Source: Parasitella parasitica NRRL 2501
Taxonomy: Eukaryota; Fungi; Mucoromycota
Direction of reading: 5' to 3'
Assembly: GCA_025201805.1 (NCBI GenBank)
Contig: MU619282.1
Location: forward strand, 62,001 to 126,000
DNA length: 64,000 nucleotides
Under the pieces are notes generated by a model. That model was not told where the DNA came from and searched no databases. It saw nothing but the letters and a program-made list of their open reading frames with translations. A program made the position numbers and the translations under genes. Position 1 is the stretch's first letter; each line of letters opens with the position of its first letter. Shown here piece after piece: positions 1-11,319 of the stretch.

Positions 1-935
1 TAGCTAATTTTCCTTGTTTTTGCCATCTGCATCTACTACTAAAGGGCTGGAGCAACTCTTTCTCGTATACCCCTTTTTATCGGTAGTAAAACCCTGACCT
101 TTGATAGCCTTGAACAAATTTGTTCGGGTTACTTCGATTTCTTCCTTTTTAAATGCACAAAACAATGAGACGAGTGAGCATATTATTACTATTTACACAC
201 AATCATTATTTACCTTTACTTGAGTCAATACCTGCATAATAGTGGTACAAGATTTCAAACTGGAATTATTTTTTTTATTGGGCCAACCTTTTTTTCGTCG
301 ACTGTAAAACAACAGTTTCATTGAAGCCAAATCATAAACGCATGAGATTGCCATATCTTGATCATACAGCATCTATCAAAAGTAGTTACGTTTATCGATT
401 ATTAAAGCCGACTCGTTTTAAATCCACATTGGTGTTTTCATGTTGACGAGTCAAGCCTAATCCGCGTATTTAACTTGAACAAGCCCTGATATAAATCGAC
501 AGCCGAAATTCTGGAAAATAAGTTTATTAAAGTCCATTTGCATGTAGCTTTATTTTTTGGTCTATGAAACCTACCACCTAATCAACACTATCCCTTTCCT
601 CGATTTGAACATTTTGCAAAACAATCAAATGTTTTAAACATACACATGGAGTACCGAATCTAACATGGTGGTGACAAGAAATCACTAGCAAACCTCTTCC
701 CCCCTCCCTCCCCCATTGGCTTGAATTTAGTGGATTTGATAATATAAGTTGCAAGACTTTGCGGGTATTGTTATTATCCAGTAACGTATTGACGACCTGC
801 CTTTGTGTATTGGATGATGTTTCTAATAATAAAAAGAGGCTCACGGAATTTCAAATCAAAAGTATAAATTAGGGTCTTTGTTGGCATTTGCCAAATATTA
901 TTCGAGTTTTTTTTTTTTGTATTTATATTTATACT

Positions 936-2358
936 ATGCAAGCGCCTCCTCCAGCTACCAATGGCCCAGTCATTGCGGGCTACTTTGCGAACTGGTAAGC
1001 TATGTGGCAACTATTTCACCGTAATGATATTGAATAAGAAATGTGACGAGGGGTATCTATGACAGAAAGTACAATGTTATAGACGTGGCAGTACAAGCCA
1101 ACAAATTGACACATATATTATACGCTTTTGCAAACTTACAGGAAAATGGGCAAGTGGTTCTCGGGGTAAGTTCATCGCACAAGATAATTGAGTTCAATGC
1201 AGGCTTATTTGAATTTTGTTTTTTATTTTTTTATTTTTTATTGATAGGATGCATATGCTGATAAAGAAAAGCATTTTCCTGCAAGTAAGTCATTACAGCA
1301 GCTATATATATATATATATATATAAAAGAGAAATTGACGGAAGGATTTATACAGATGAATGCGTCAATGGTAGAGCAGATAGTTGGAATGATCAAGGCAA
1401 TAATTTGTATGGCAATTTTAAGCAATTCTATCAGCTCAAGCAGAAACATCGCCATCTGAAAGTATCACTCAGTGTGGGCGGCTGGACGTGGTCGAAAAAT
1501 TTCGCTTCGGTAGCCTGTGATCCCGCTAAACGCCAAAGGTTTGTTCAATCTAGTATCAAACTAATTGCCGACTTGGGCCTGGATGGCGTGGATATTGATT
1601 GGGAGTATCCAAAGAACGACCAAGAAGCGTTTCATTATGTGCATTTGTTGTATGAGACTCGTATTGCGTTGGATGCTTACCAGCAACAATGCCAGCAATT
1701 GGATCAGCCTCGTCTGTTATTGACTGTTGCTGTACCTTGTGGCCCTGAACATTATAGAAAATTACGTCTGGCTGAAATGCAGCCTTATGTGGATATATTT
1801 TACTTGATGGCGTATGATTATGCCGGTTCCTGGGATAGCAAAACTGGTCACCAAGCAGCCATGTTTGGTGGTGCACTAAACACCGATCAAGCTGTAAATG
1901 ATTACTTGGCTGCAGGCGTTCCTTCCAACAAGCTGGTGGTGGGCTTTCCTATGTACGGCCGTGGCTTTTGCAATACGGATGGCCCCGAGTGTGGATTTCA
2001 AGGTGTGCCTAAAGGCACATGGGAAGAAGGCCAATTTGATTACAAATGCCTGCCAAAGCATGGTGCTACTGAATTCCACGATCATCAAAGAATGGCATCT
2101 TGGTCGTATGATCCTCATGCCAGAGAGCTCATTACGTACGATACACCGCAAATCATTGCACAAAAATGTGACTATATCAAGCAGAGACAGTTGGGCGGTG
2201 CCATGTTTTGGGAATTGAGTGCTGACCGCAGTCCAAACGACCCTCGTAACTTGGTAAATACAGTGTACCAAGCACTGGATAGACGATTAGACCAAATGCC
2301 CAACCATCTTGATTATCCTAATAGCGAATTTGATAATATAAGGAACCATATGAATTAG
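936..2358 (+). CDS. GH18 chitinase (bacterial-like fungal subgroup A), 3 introns, no signal peptide
   Basis: Spliced reading MQAPPPATNGPVIAGYFANW/GIYDRKY...THILYAFAN, SVGGWTWS, intact DGVDIDWEYP (DxDxE), MAYDY and GGAMFWE motifs. Confidence 0.95.
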
Positions 2359-2498
2359 TAATGATAGTGTCTTGAGTCACCTGCTTTGAAAACAGATGTT
2401 ACATGTACGGGGCTACCTGACTAAACATGAAGATGTATGTACAAATAATAAAACGTTTGCTTTGAACGATCAAGATCTATTTCTTTACATAACTTACT

Positions 2499-3626
2499 AT
2501 GACCCACACCTATACTTCCAATAGACTTTCGCTACCTTCAGAAATAACACGCACAGTGTCCAACGCTAGCTTTTATGGCTCCTTGTCTATCCATCAAAGG
2601 TTCGATCGACTGGGATCTGGACAAGACCTTGACTTGTTCGGAACCAGCGTTGCAAGAAGCTCTATTCTGTCTCAAATGAGTTTGTATGGGCAAATGTACC
2701 TTTTTTCTAATCTACTTACATGTATTCCGACTCTAGAGTTCATAAGAAAAGTGTATCTAATCACATTACTGCAACTTTCAGCTATATCAACAATGACTTC
2801 AACGTTTTTGCACTCGAAATACTGGCACGAAGAAAGGTACTAATATACAATCATGCTTATGCGACATGGGCGATTTATATCAATATTGGTTCTGCAGTCA
2901 ATATGTATGGTGGATAATGTTATTTCCAGCAACCGTTTTGTTGATAATCGCAGCATGGCAGTTATGGACACAATACTATCAGCTTTCGGGCACCAGTCGT
3001 CTTGCCATATTAATCATCTATTCAACTCTAATGGCGTTTATACTGTCTGACATAGGTATAAACAGGTCTACCACACTATTACACTACCTCGTCATACTCA
3101 ATTTCCTGTACTATTCGTATTTATACAGTAGCTAAAGCTTTCAAAGAATACGGGCTGATAGTCTTTACAATGGCATGTTCCGGTATTCTAAGCATCGTAA
3201 TTTACACCTTTCAGACAAGGTTCAAATTCCAAGGCACGAAACCAATGTAAGCCGATATCACCAAACCAGCGAATTATTATTTGTTTTTAAAAAAAAAAAA
3301 AAAAAATGAATACAACAAGCGTCTGCAGTATTGCTACTGTGTGCATCTGTTCTATAGGTCTTCGATTTGTATATCAATTGAATCCTGTGCAAATATTGGG
3401 ACCGATTGCAGTAGCGAGTATAATATGCAGCTATCTTATACTTGAATTATACTATGCTATGGATGCAATAACAGTCGACGATTACATCCTTGCTAATATG
3501 TCGTTTTATATGGACTTGGCCTATCCCATCAATGGCCTTCATCATCTGTGCGAGTTATCAGACCATGTTGATAACTTTCCAGAGTACTTTGACCCAGATG
3601 CGTCTGCTGTGCTGAATGCTGCCTAG
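2499..3626 (+). CDS. Bax inhibitor-1 / Lifeguard (TMBIM) family membrane protein, divergent, multi-exon
   Basis: EFIRKVYLITLLQL (TM1 signature), IYTFQTRFKF, and C-terminal LELYYAMDAITVDDYILANMSFYMDL matching the family DTQ...EEYI.AA..LYLD pattern. Confidence 0.75.
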
Positions 3627-3817
3627 CCAAAAGCCGCTGAAACTCACTATCTGTGTAATATCGGCACCCACATGGCCAAGAGATGTTGTAACTAAATGTA
3701 GTATAAACCTTCATGTAGAATATAAAATGTAGCTTTTAATAAATGACAGGTATACAATAGCGCAGTGAAAAGTAAATAATACATATACAATACAATTTTT
3801 TTTTTCTTTAAATAAAG

Positions 3818-4017
3818 NNNNNNNNNNNNNNNNNNNNNNNNNNNNNNNNNNNNNNNNNNNNNNNNNNNNNNNNNNNNNNNNNNNNNNNNNNNNNNNNNNN
3901 NNNNNNNNNNNNNNNNNNNNNNNNNNNNNNNNNNNNNNNNNNNNNNNNNNNNNNNNNNNNNNNNNNNNNNNNNNNNNNNNNNNNNNNNNNNNNNNNNNNN
4001 NNNNNNNNNNNNNNNNN
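3818..4017. other. assembly gap (200 N)
   Basis: Run of N that hides the last exon(s) of the first VTC4-like gene. Confidence 1.
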
Positions 4018-6134
4018 ACATACCAAGCACGTCGTTCAAATTGGTAGAGTGCATAGATTGCAATACCAGCAGAGATACCGATAAAGATGGCACCAGCAAT
4101 ACGAGACACATTGTCACCAAAGTTAAGCAGATTCAAAGCTACGGACAACAGCAAGGCACAGAATTGGAGCCAGGCGATAAAAGTACGTTCATTAGAGAAG
4201 AACACCTTGGGCTCAACCTTGACCTTCTTGACAGGAATCTGGTTGTTGGGGTTCTTGGGGTCCTTGATAAACATTGTGTTACTTTCAAACATCTTTTTGC
4301 CACCACCAGAGGAATCGCCTATATCTAATCGAATATCACCATTATTGAAATTGATTTCTTCACCAAGAACACCCGCTTCCTTGTCGTTGCGTTCAATGTT
4401 CTTTTGACGGAGTGGGCCATAGTTGAGCGGATCGTCACCTTTGACAACAAGAGTAGATTGCATGCGATGCGGCTTGTTACCCCAGTTGGTGCTGTCGAGG
4501 CGGTTCACGCCACCCGCCATAAGGAGTTTCTGCGATGACGCACCACTGAACGTATCCGTACTATTTCCACCCAACGATGATTCATTCACCTTGTCCATTC
4601 GCAGTTGTTCGGCTTCCATTGCGCGGCGATATTGGCCATCGATGAGAGGCTTGAATGACTGAGAACGAGTAAGGCCAAAGTTGGAAGAACGGGGCTTGCG
4701 AATATCAATTTCCATCTCTGACAGCCACCAAGGCAGCAATGGGATGCGATCACGGAAGAGGTAAGATGCTCCGTGAAGATACTTGGAAAAACGAGGTACC
4801 TCGTGCACAAGGTGGGATTCCAGCAACTTTGCAAGCCAGGAAGGGGCCTTCTTTTTGGTCTTGGTTTCCAGCACTGCATAAGGGAAACGTAGGATCTCTG
4901 ATTCCTCAAGATAGCTGAAGGGATAGTCAATGCCAACATCGGGACGTCTCCAGTCAGTGGGGCCTCTGCGAACAACGCCATTATAGTTGTCTTCGCGAAT
5001 AAAGGTCAAGTCGTTATCTATGCTTATCCGCACACTGGGGTCATCGGGTAATTGGAAAGCAGTATGGTTGTAAAAGATGCGGCAAACAGGCTTCAAATTC
5101 TTGTCGTTGATGGATTTCTGCACGCCTGAAGCGACAAACCTACAGTCGTCTACAAGCTTAGGATCTGCATCTTTGGCAGCAAGTCGATTTGCGAATTCGT
5201 CTGCTGTCAGAGCACCGCTGATGAATTTATGTATATCTTGGCTTGACATTTGGATACGGTCTTTTATAGATTTGCCATCCAGCCATTCGGCATGGTGTGT
5301 GCTACGTTCTACAAAGACCTCGGGGTTGGATGTGGGGCCGTGCCATTTGAACCGAATTGCCTCGGCGCCTTCATCACGCTGCAAAAGACCTGTGTAGAGA
5401 CCAAATTCGTCATTATCGACGTAGACGCTAGAGATGGCGGAATCGGAAGCCTCATAGCGCTTATCCTTGTTGTAAATAAAGACGGGCAGGTGGAGCATGA
5501 TGATAGACTTGACCTCAGTGATATTGTCAGGATGGATCCAGTATTTGACAGCACCCTTATCGGTGGAAGAAGAGAGCGAGTCATTGCTGCTGCTATCGGC
5601 AACTGTGCGAGGCTTTCCACGCTGGCGGCAAAGATCATGCAAAGCTGAGATAAATACAATGGCAACGTCAAATCTCTGCTTATCGAGCGGCTTGCTTCTA
5701 AGGTGCGGGATGAAGTCTTGTTTCTGCTGGAGGCCGGTCCATTTGTCGTGCTTCTTTATGATCTTTTGAAAGCCAGTGTAGTTTAGTCTGGTAAATTTGG
5801 CTAGGTCATTGACATCAAACAAGACCTCAGTCAATGCGTCATCCATGATTGTCCAATTCTGCTCTGAACTCCAAGTGGGATTGTCGATGAATGTCTGAAT
5901 CGTGCGCTCGCAGTAACTGATCCTGGCCTCGACTTCGCCCAGTTTGGCCGACACAAAATCATACACTTTCTCCAGCTCGTTCTCAAGCTTCTTTACGAAT
6001 TCATCTTCGTCGTCTCCATTCCATTGATGATCAAGCTGACGAGACTTGAGTTCCTTTTTCAAGACATCATATGAAATGTACGATAATCTCCAAGGAGGGA
6101 AAATTTCTTTCTGCAGGTGTTCACCGAATTTCAT
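4018..6134 (-). CDS. VTC4: VTC4-like protein copy A (SPX + TTM tunnel + VTC TM domain); 3' end in gap; several tunnel residues substituted
   Basis: MKFGEHL...YISYDVLKK, LNYTGFQKIIKKHDK (SPX); KYWIHPDN, FPYAVLETK, EVPRFSK (TTM); EPKVFFSNERTF (TM domain); GT donor after RRAW just before the gap. Confidence 0.9.
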
Positions 6135-6605
6135 CTTTGCAAATGTAACAAACAAAAATATGGAAAAGGAGTGAGATAGAGGAAAAAGATGACAAAAAAA
6201 AAAGAAAAAAAAACTTTCAATTGTAATGATGATGAATAGAACATTGGTTTCGGCCTTTTATCGTTATATAAAAATAACTTGGCCTTCCCTATTCCAACAA
6301 AACGCCATTAATAGATTATGCCCAAGTGGTTGATTTAGCTGACCGAGGCTTGGTACATGGCCAATTAACAGACCTCCCAAAGCTGTTTTTGTTGAGTCGG
6401 TTAAAGCGAAACACCGAGGGTACTTTTTAATTCAAAAAAAAAAACAAAAAAAAAATTCATGTAACTCCATTTGAAAATAAATCGCTGAAATTATATAAAA
6501 TTCTTGCTATTGACAAATGTTTTGACAAGCCAGAATCTTGTTACAGTCAAAGAAACTACGTTGGGCCAGTTGAGAAAAAATTGGGGTGGTTTTAAAATTG
6601 AATTT

Positions 6606-6680
6606 GGACACCAGTATGGAAGTGGTGAAAGTGGAACACCGGTATGAAAGTGAGACACCAACACGAAAATGGAACAGCAA
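6606..6680. repeat. degenerate ~19-bp tandem repeat
   Basis: GGACACCAGTATGGAAGTGG / AACACCGGTATGAAAGTGA / GACACCAACACGAAAATGG / AACAGCAA. Confidence 0.5.
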
Positions 6681-6975
6681 TAAGCAAATGGGGATATGTT
6701 GAGATACATCTAGTTTTTGTGCAAATGGGTAAAGAAGAAGACGCGGCGATCTTGTTCCATTTAACAAGAAAAGCAGCAGGTAGACTATGAGAATTTTGTG
6801 ATGAATATTTAAATCGTACCAGTAAATCCAACATTGTCGAGGTTTATGCCGCAATTACTGACATTAGCGAATTTTCAAATATATTTTTTAGCCATTGTAT
6901 ATATGTTTATTAGTATATAAATGATACCAAGTGAAGGGTATGAATGAAAAAATATATATAAAAGTAGAAGTACAT

Positions 6976-9504
6976 TTAAATATTTGAAGAGGAAGTAGTA
7001 GAGCCTGTATTATTGACACCTAAATAGTTGTTTTCCTGAGCAGGGCTATTGAATCTCAAAGCAAAATTAAGCTGTACAATGAACGTTAGCACCAAACTAC
7101 ATGAAAATCAATAACGTCAACTTACCACTAAAGCGCCTACTAATAGAATACATAGAAATACAGGGCCATAAATGTCGTCGAAACGCAGATCAGGCAGTTT
7201 ACGAATGCGATATGAACGCCATCTGTAGAATCCAAAAGCATAGAGAGCAAAGATCATTGAAATACCAAAAAAGACGGCACCAACAATTTTGTTGACGCCA
7301 TCGCCAAAGTTCATGAGAGTCAACGCAGCAGAAAGGATGATGGCGGAAAAATGAAGCCAGTGGATAAACGTACGTTCGTTAGCAAAGAACACCTTGGGCT
7401 CAATACGGGCACCACCGCCCGCTTTATCCTTCTTGGTTTTCTTTTTCTTCTTTTCATTTGTTTCTTCGCCTGAAGTTCCTTCTTCCAGGGCGCTAATGTC
7501 TTCGTCGAAATAAGCATTGAGCCGAGCCTCTTCTCCTAGCTTATCGGAAGACATACGTTTCTCGTTTTGTACGTAGGAGGAGCGTGGCGTTTGTTTTCCA
7601 CTCATTAGGAATTCAGTAGAAGATGTATCGAGATAATCGTGGCGGCGGCTGTCAGAACGGTTACGAGACATAGAGCCAGAGCCAGTGTAGGAGTCATGAG
7701 CTCCTAGTGTTAGATTATCGTATGAAATATCGTGCTGGGACCAAATGGGGTCATCGAATGGATTACTGCCTGTTTTGCTCGCGTTAAGAGATTCAGCGGT
7801 GGGGGATGGTGCGGGAGATGCACGTGTTAATGGCGCAGTGCCTCCTGATGGGGCGTTTTCACTGCTGCGAGGCATCTTGGTTGACCGAGTTGACATGCCT
7901 CGAATCAAGGCAGTGGGCTTTTTGTTGGCGCTAGGGGCGCGTTTCAAAGTAGAAGAGCGTTCCAGTTGTGATTCAAGATAACCCATACGGTATTTGCCGT
8001 CAATCAGAGGTTTGAGACTCTTGGATCGTGACAAACCAGTGAAGTTGCCCGTGGGCTGTTTAGCATTGCGAATGTCCAGTTTCAATTCATTCAGCCACCA
8101 CGGCAAAAGAGGCAAACGAGGGTTCCAAAAGAAGGCAGCGCCTTGCAAAAACTTTGAAAAGCGGGGGACTTCATAGACAAGCTGCGATTCTAAAAGGCGG
8201 GTAAGCCATTGGGGAGGCTCTTGGCCGAGATGGGTCTGTAATTTAGTCTCAAGCACTGCGTAAGGAAACTTGTAAACCTCGGCAGGGTTCAAGTTATTAA
8301 ACGGATAATCTATACCCATATCGGGCCGACGCCAGGCGCCTCCTCGTCTCTCACTGAAGCCATCTTCACGAACAAAGGTTAAGTCTGTATCCAGAGAAAG
8401 ACGAAGACGTTGGTCACCCGGCACTTGGAATGCGGTACGGTTATAAAACACACGCATGACAGGCTCGAGGCGCTTTTCCATGAGGGATTTCTGAACACCG
8501 GAAGCAATAAAGTAGTTGGCCTTGACCACATCCTCAGGAGTGCCCTTGTCTCTCAGCTCTTGAGCGTATTGATCGGCAGTGTAGGTACCAGCAACGTAGG
8601 CATCTACCTTGCTAGCATCTATGCGGAATCTGTCTTTGACGGAGGCGCCATCTAACCAGGGAGCATGATGCGTTTTTCGCTCAATAAAGATGCTATTGGA
8701 GTTCATCGGGCCATACCAGCGGAAACGGATAGCTTCAGCAGCTTCGTCTCTTTGAAGGCGGCCTTGATAGAGATCAAAATCGGGATTATCAAAATAGACG
8801 CTTGAAATAGCACTGTCCTCGGGCTCAATGGGCTTGTTAGTATTGAATACAAGGACAGGTAAATGAAACAAGAGAATGGCCTTTAGCTCTGTTACATTGT
8901 CAGGGTGGATCCAATATTTGGCAGTAGCACGTTCAAAGGCATTTTGGTCCAAGCCAGCAGCAGCATTGCCTGATCTTGCTTCGCCATGCAGTTGGCAGAG
9001 ATCATGAAGTGTTGATATTTTGACGAGAGCCACATCAAATCTCTGTCGGTCCAATGATTTTGAGCGAATGATGTCGACAAACAGAGGCTGAGCATTGTAT
9101 TTTGTGTATTTGTCATGTTTTTTGATCAGCTTCTGCAGAGCCAAAAAGTTGTAGCGAGTAAATTTGGAGAGATCGTTCAAATCCATCAGAATTTCGGTTA
9201 AAGCATCATCGGTCGAGTCGTACAGGCTTTTTGCTACCGAGGGCGAAATGTTTTTGCTTTGGTGGGTCAGGGTCCTTTCGCAATAGGCCAGGCGAGACTC
9301 GATCTCTCGCTGCTTTCTGTTGATAAAGAAATCAATCTTGTCTGCCTCCAAGCGTATGGCAGTTTCAAAGTCTCTTTCGTCAGAGGCGTTCCATTCATGG
9401 TCGTTTTGCCGCTCGATCATATCCTGTTTGATGTCATCGTAGGCAATGTACTCTAGCCGCCATGGCTCGTATATGTTTTTCTGCAGTTCCTGGCCAAATT
9501 TCAT
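6976..9504 (-). CDS. VTC4: VTC4 polyphosphate polymerase copy B, canonical motifs, one intron near the 3' end
   Basis: MKFGQEL, LQKLIKKHDK, FERATAKYWIHPDN, EAIRFRWYG, FIERKTH, FYNRTAFQ, RLSLD, VLETKLQ, VPRFSKF, EPKVFFANERTF; last exon LNFALRF...SNI*. Confidence 0.95.
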
Positions 9505-9893
9505 TTGTAAATGTGAAGCTAAACAAAAAAGAAAGAAAAGAAACAGTAATTTGAGGCGCTTTATTTTTTGAGGAGTGTTATATTTTTAGGAACATCCGCA
9601 CACTCTGTGTGCTATAATCAACAACATCGTGTGGTCTCACCTGGTATTTAGTACTCTCAATGATCCCAACATCGGGCATTCAAACTATTTACATTCATTA
9701 ATAATATACATTCATTATTTATCCTGATGGTAGCAGCCACCCACAAGAAGAGAGACACTTGATTCTTCCCTGTATTCTGTGTTACAAACAGCGTGGTGCT
9801 GAGTGTAATATTCCGTTTGGACAAGATGATTTTTGTAGTATTTTGGGACAAACTACCTAAAGTGAAACTGATATGTAAGGATAACGTCTAACT

Positions 9894-10790
9894 TTAGCCA
9901 AACTCTTTGTCAATGCCCTCATCCCAGAACGTCTCAGCATGCTTAATCCAAGCTTGACAATCCCTGAACCAAAACTGATACAGAAGGTCTACTGTCTTCT
10001 CACTCTGATCTGAAAGGTACAAGAAGCGTCTAACGAACCATTGCCTTTGCCTTGCCTCGTCTCGCCTCGACAAGATCTTCAACTTTCGTCAATGGGCCAA
10101 GTCAACAATCCCGGGTTTTGCTCCTGTCGAGTGTAAGACTCGTGGCAAGAAAGGAGGAGAATATTCATTTTTCATGAATAAGCCCTCCGAATACCAGAAG
10201 CACTTGGGCGGCTACTTTTGGCTTGACAAAACAAATTGACAGCACTCTTCAGGATGATACGCCAAACTGCTGCTTGGATTTGAATCTTGGTGAAAAATGG
10301 TGATTTAGTGATTTGAGTTTGGGTATCTTAGGCAGCACATACCTCTCAAGTATCCGAACTGCAGCCCTTCCGCGCTTCTGTCAAGAAGGCAGTGGCGATA
10401 TCATGAAACTCAGTATTGGAGGGACCGATACATTGAAACGGGGAGCATAGTGATCCCCAGAGCAACGCGGGAAAGACCAGCGAGACCTATGGATACTGCA
10501 GTCTCAAATGACGTTGTTTATGCAGTTAAAGACAAACTACTTATTTAGTTGAATTTCAGGATAGAGTCAGTAGTGATCAATTAAAAGCTATACCCAATCG
10601 TCCTTAGCTCTGTCATCAAAGGATTTTCAGATGTTGAAATGGAGGAAGAGCACGGTTCCTGATGTAAAAGAGTATCTAAAAATGAGAAAACTGATTCAAT
10701 TTTCTTGTTATAAATTTAAATAAAGTGATGGCCAAACGAAATATCAACTACCTGCAAGTTAGTGATCCTCTTTGGCACAATCATTGCACT
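9894..10790 (-). pseudogene. probable decayed multi-exon gene of unknown family
   Basis: Higher-GC exon-like blocks with GT/AG boundaries; protein-like frames (CNDCAKEDH*, DTLLHQEPC, LAYHPEECCQFVLSSQK*PPKCFW, QWFVRRFLYL...) broken by several stops. Confidence 0.4.
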
Positions 10791-11048
10791 GATTAAAAAT
10801 AGTATGTTAGTCTCAAACAGCTCAGCCACCTTGGGCCTGTTTACACTTGTATCAAACCTAGTAAAATACTTCTAAGCTTCCTAAATGCCATCATTTAAGC
10901 CATTTATACTAGAGGATCAAGCTTTGTTTGTGCCATACATTACAGCAACACAAATCTTTTTCGATCAGTACACATCTCGATTAAGAGCTTTTTAAAGTAA
11001 TTAATTTTATTTTTCAAATTTTCATCAGATTAAATTTGAATGTAAACA

Positions 11049-11050
<2 letters not shown>

Positions 11051-11115
<65 letters not shown>
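11051..11115. repeat. poly(T) tract, 65 nt
   Basis: Direct reading; lies ~200 bp upstream of the transportin start. Confidence 0.9.
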
Positions 11116-11116
<1 letters not shown>

Positions 11117-11319
11117 ATATTTTCAGTTGATAGCCTATTTTATTTCTTTTATATATTGTCAAGAAAAAAGTAAACTAGGCAAGGCTTCATCATCGTGTTT
11201 TTGGCTCATCAAAACAGGTAAGCTGAAAAAAAATTTATTTTTTGAAAAAAATTGACTCTTTTCCCTCTTTTTCCTTGTTTCGTTCTTTGTTCTCTTATAA
11301 CACCATAAAAGAATTACAA

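Noticed and set aside
1303-1324. (TA)n tract inside the long chitinase ORF
   Set aside because: Ordinary microsatellite in an intron; the ORF track reads through that intron
3692-4120. ORFs reading through the N gap
   Set aside because: Artefacts of translating Ns
4041-9456. Many short antisense or alternate-frame ORFs over the VTC4 genes (likewise over CLASP and the Mid2-like genes)
   Set aside because: Expected shadows of long coding sequences; no independent motifs
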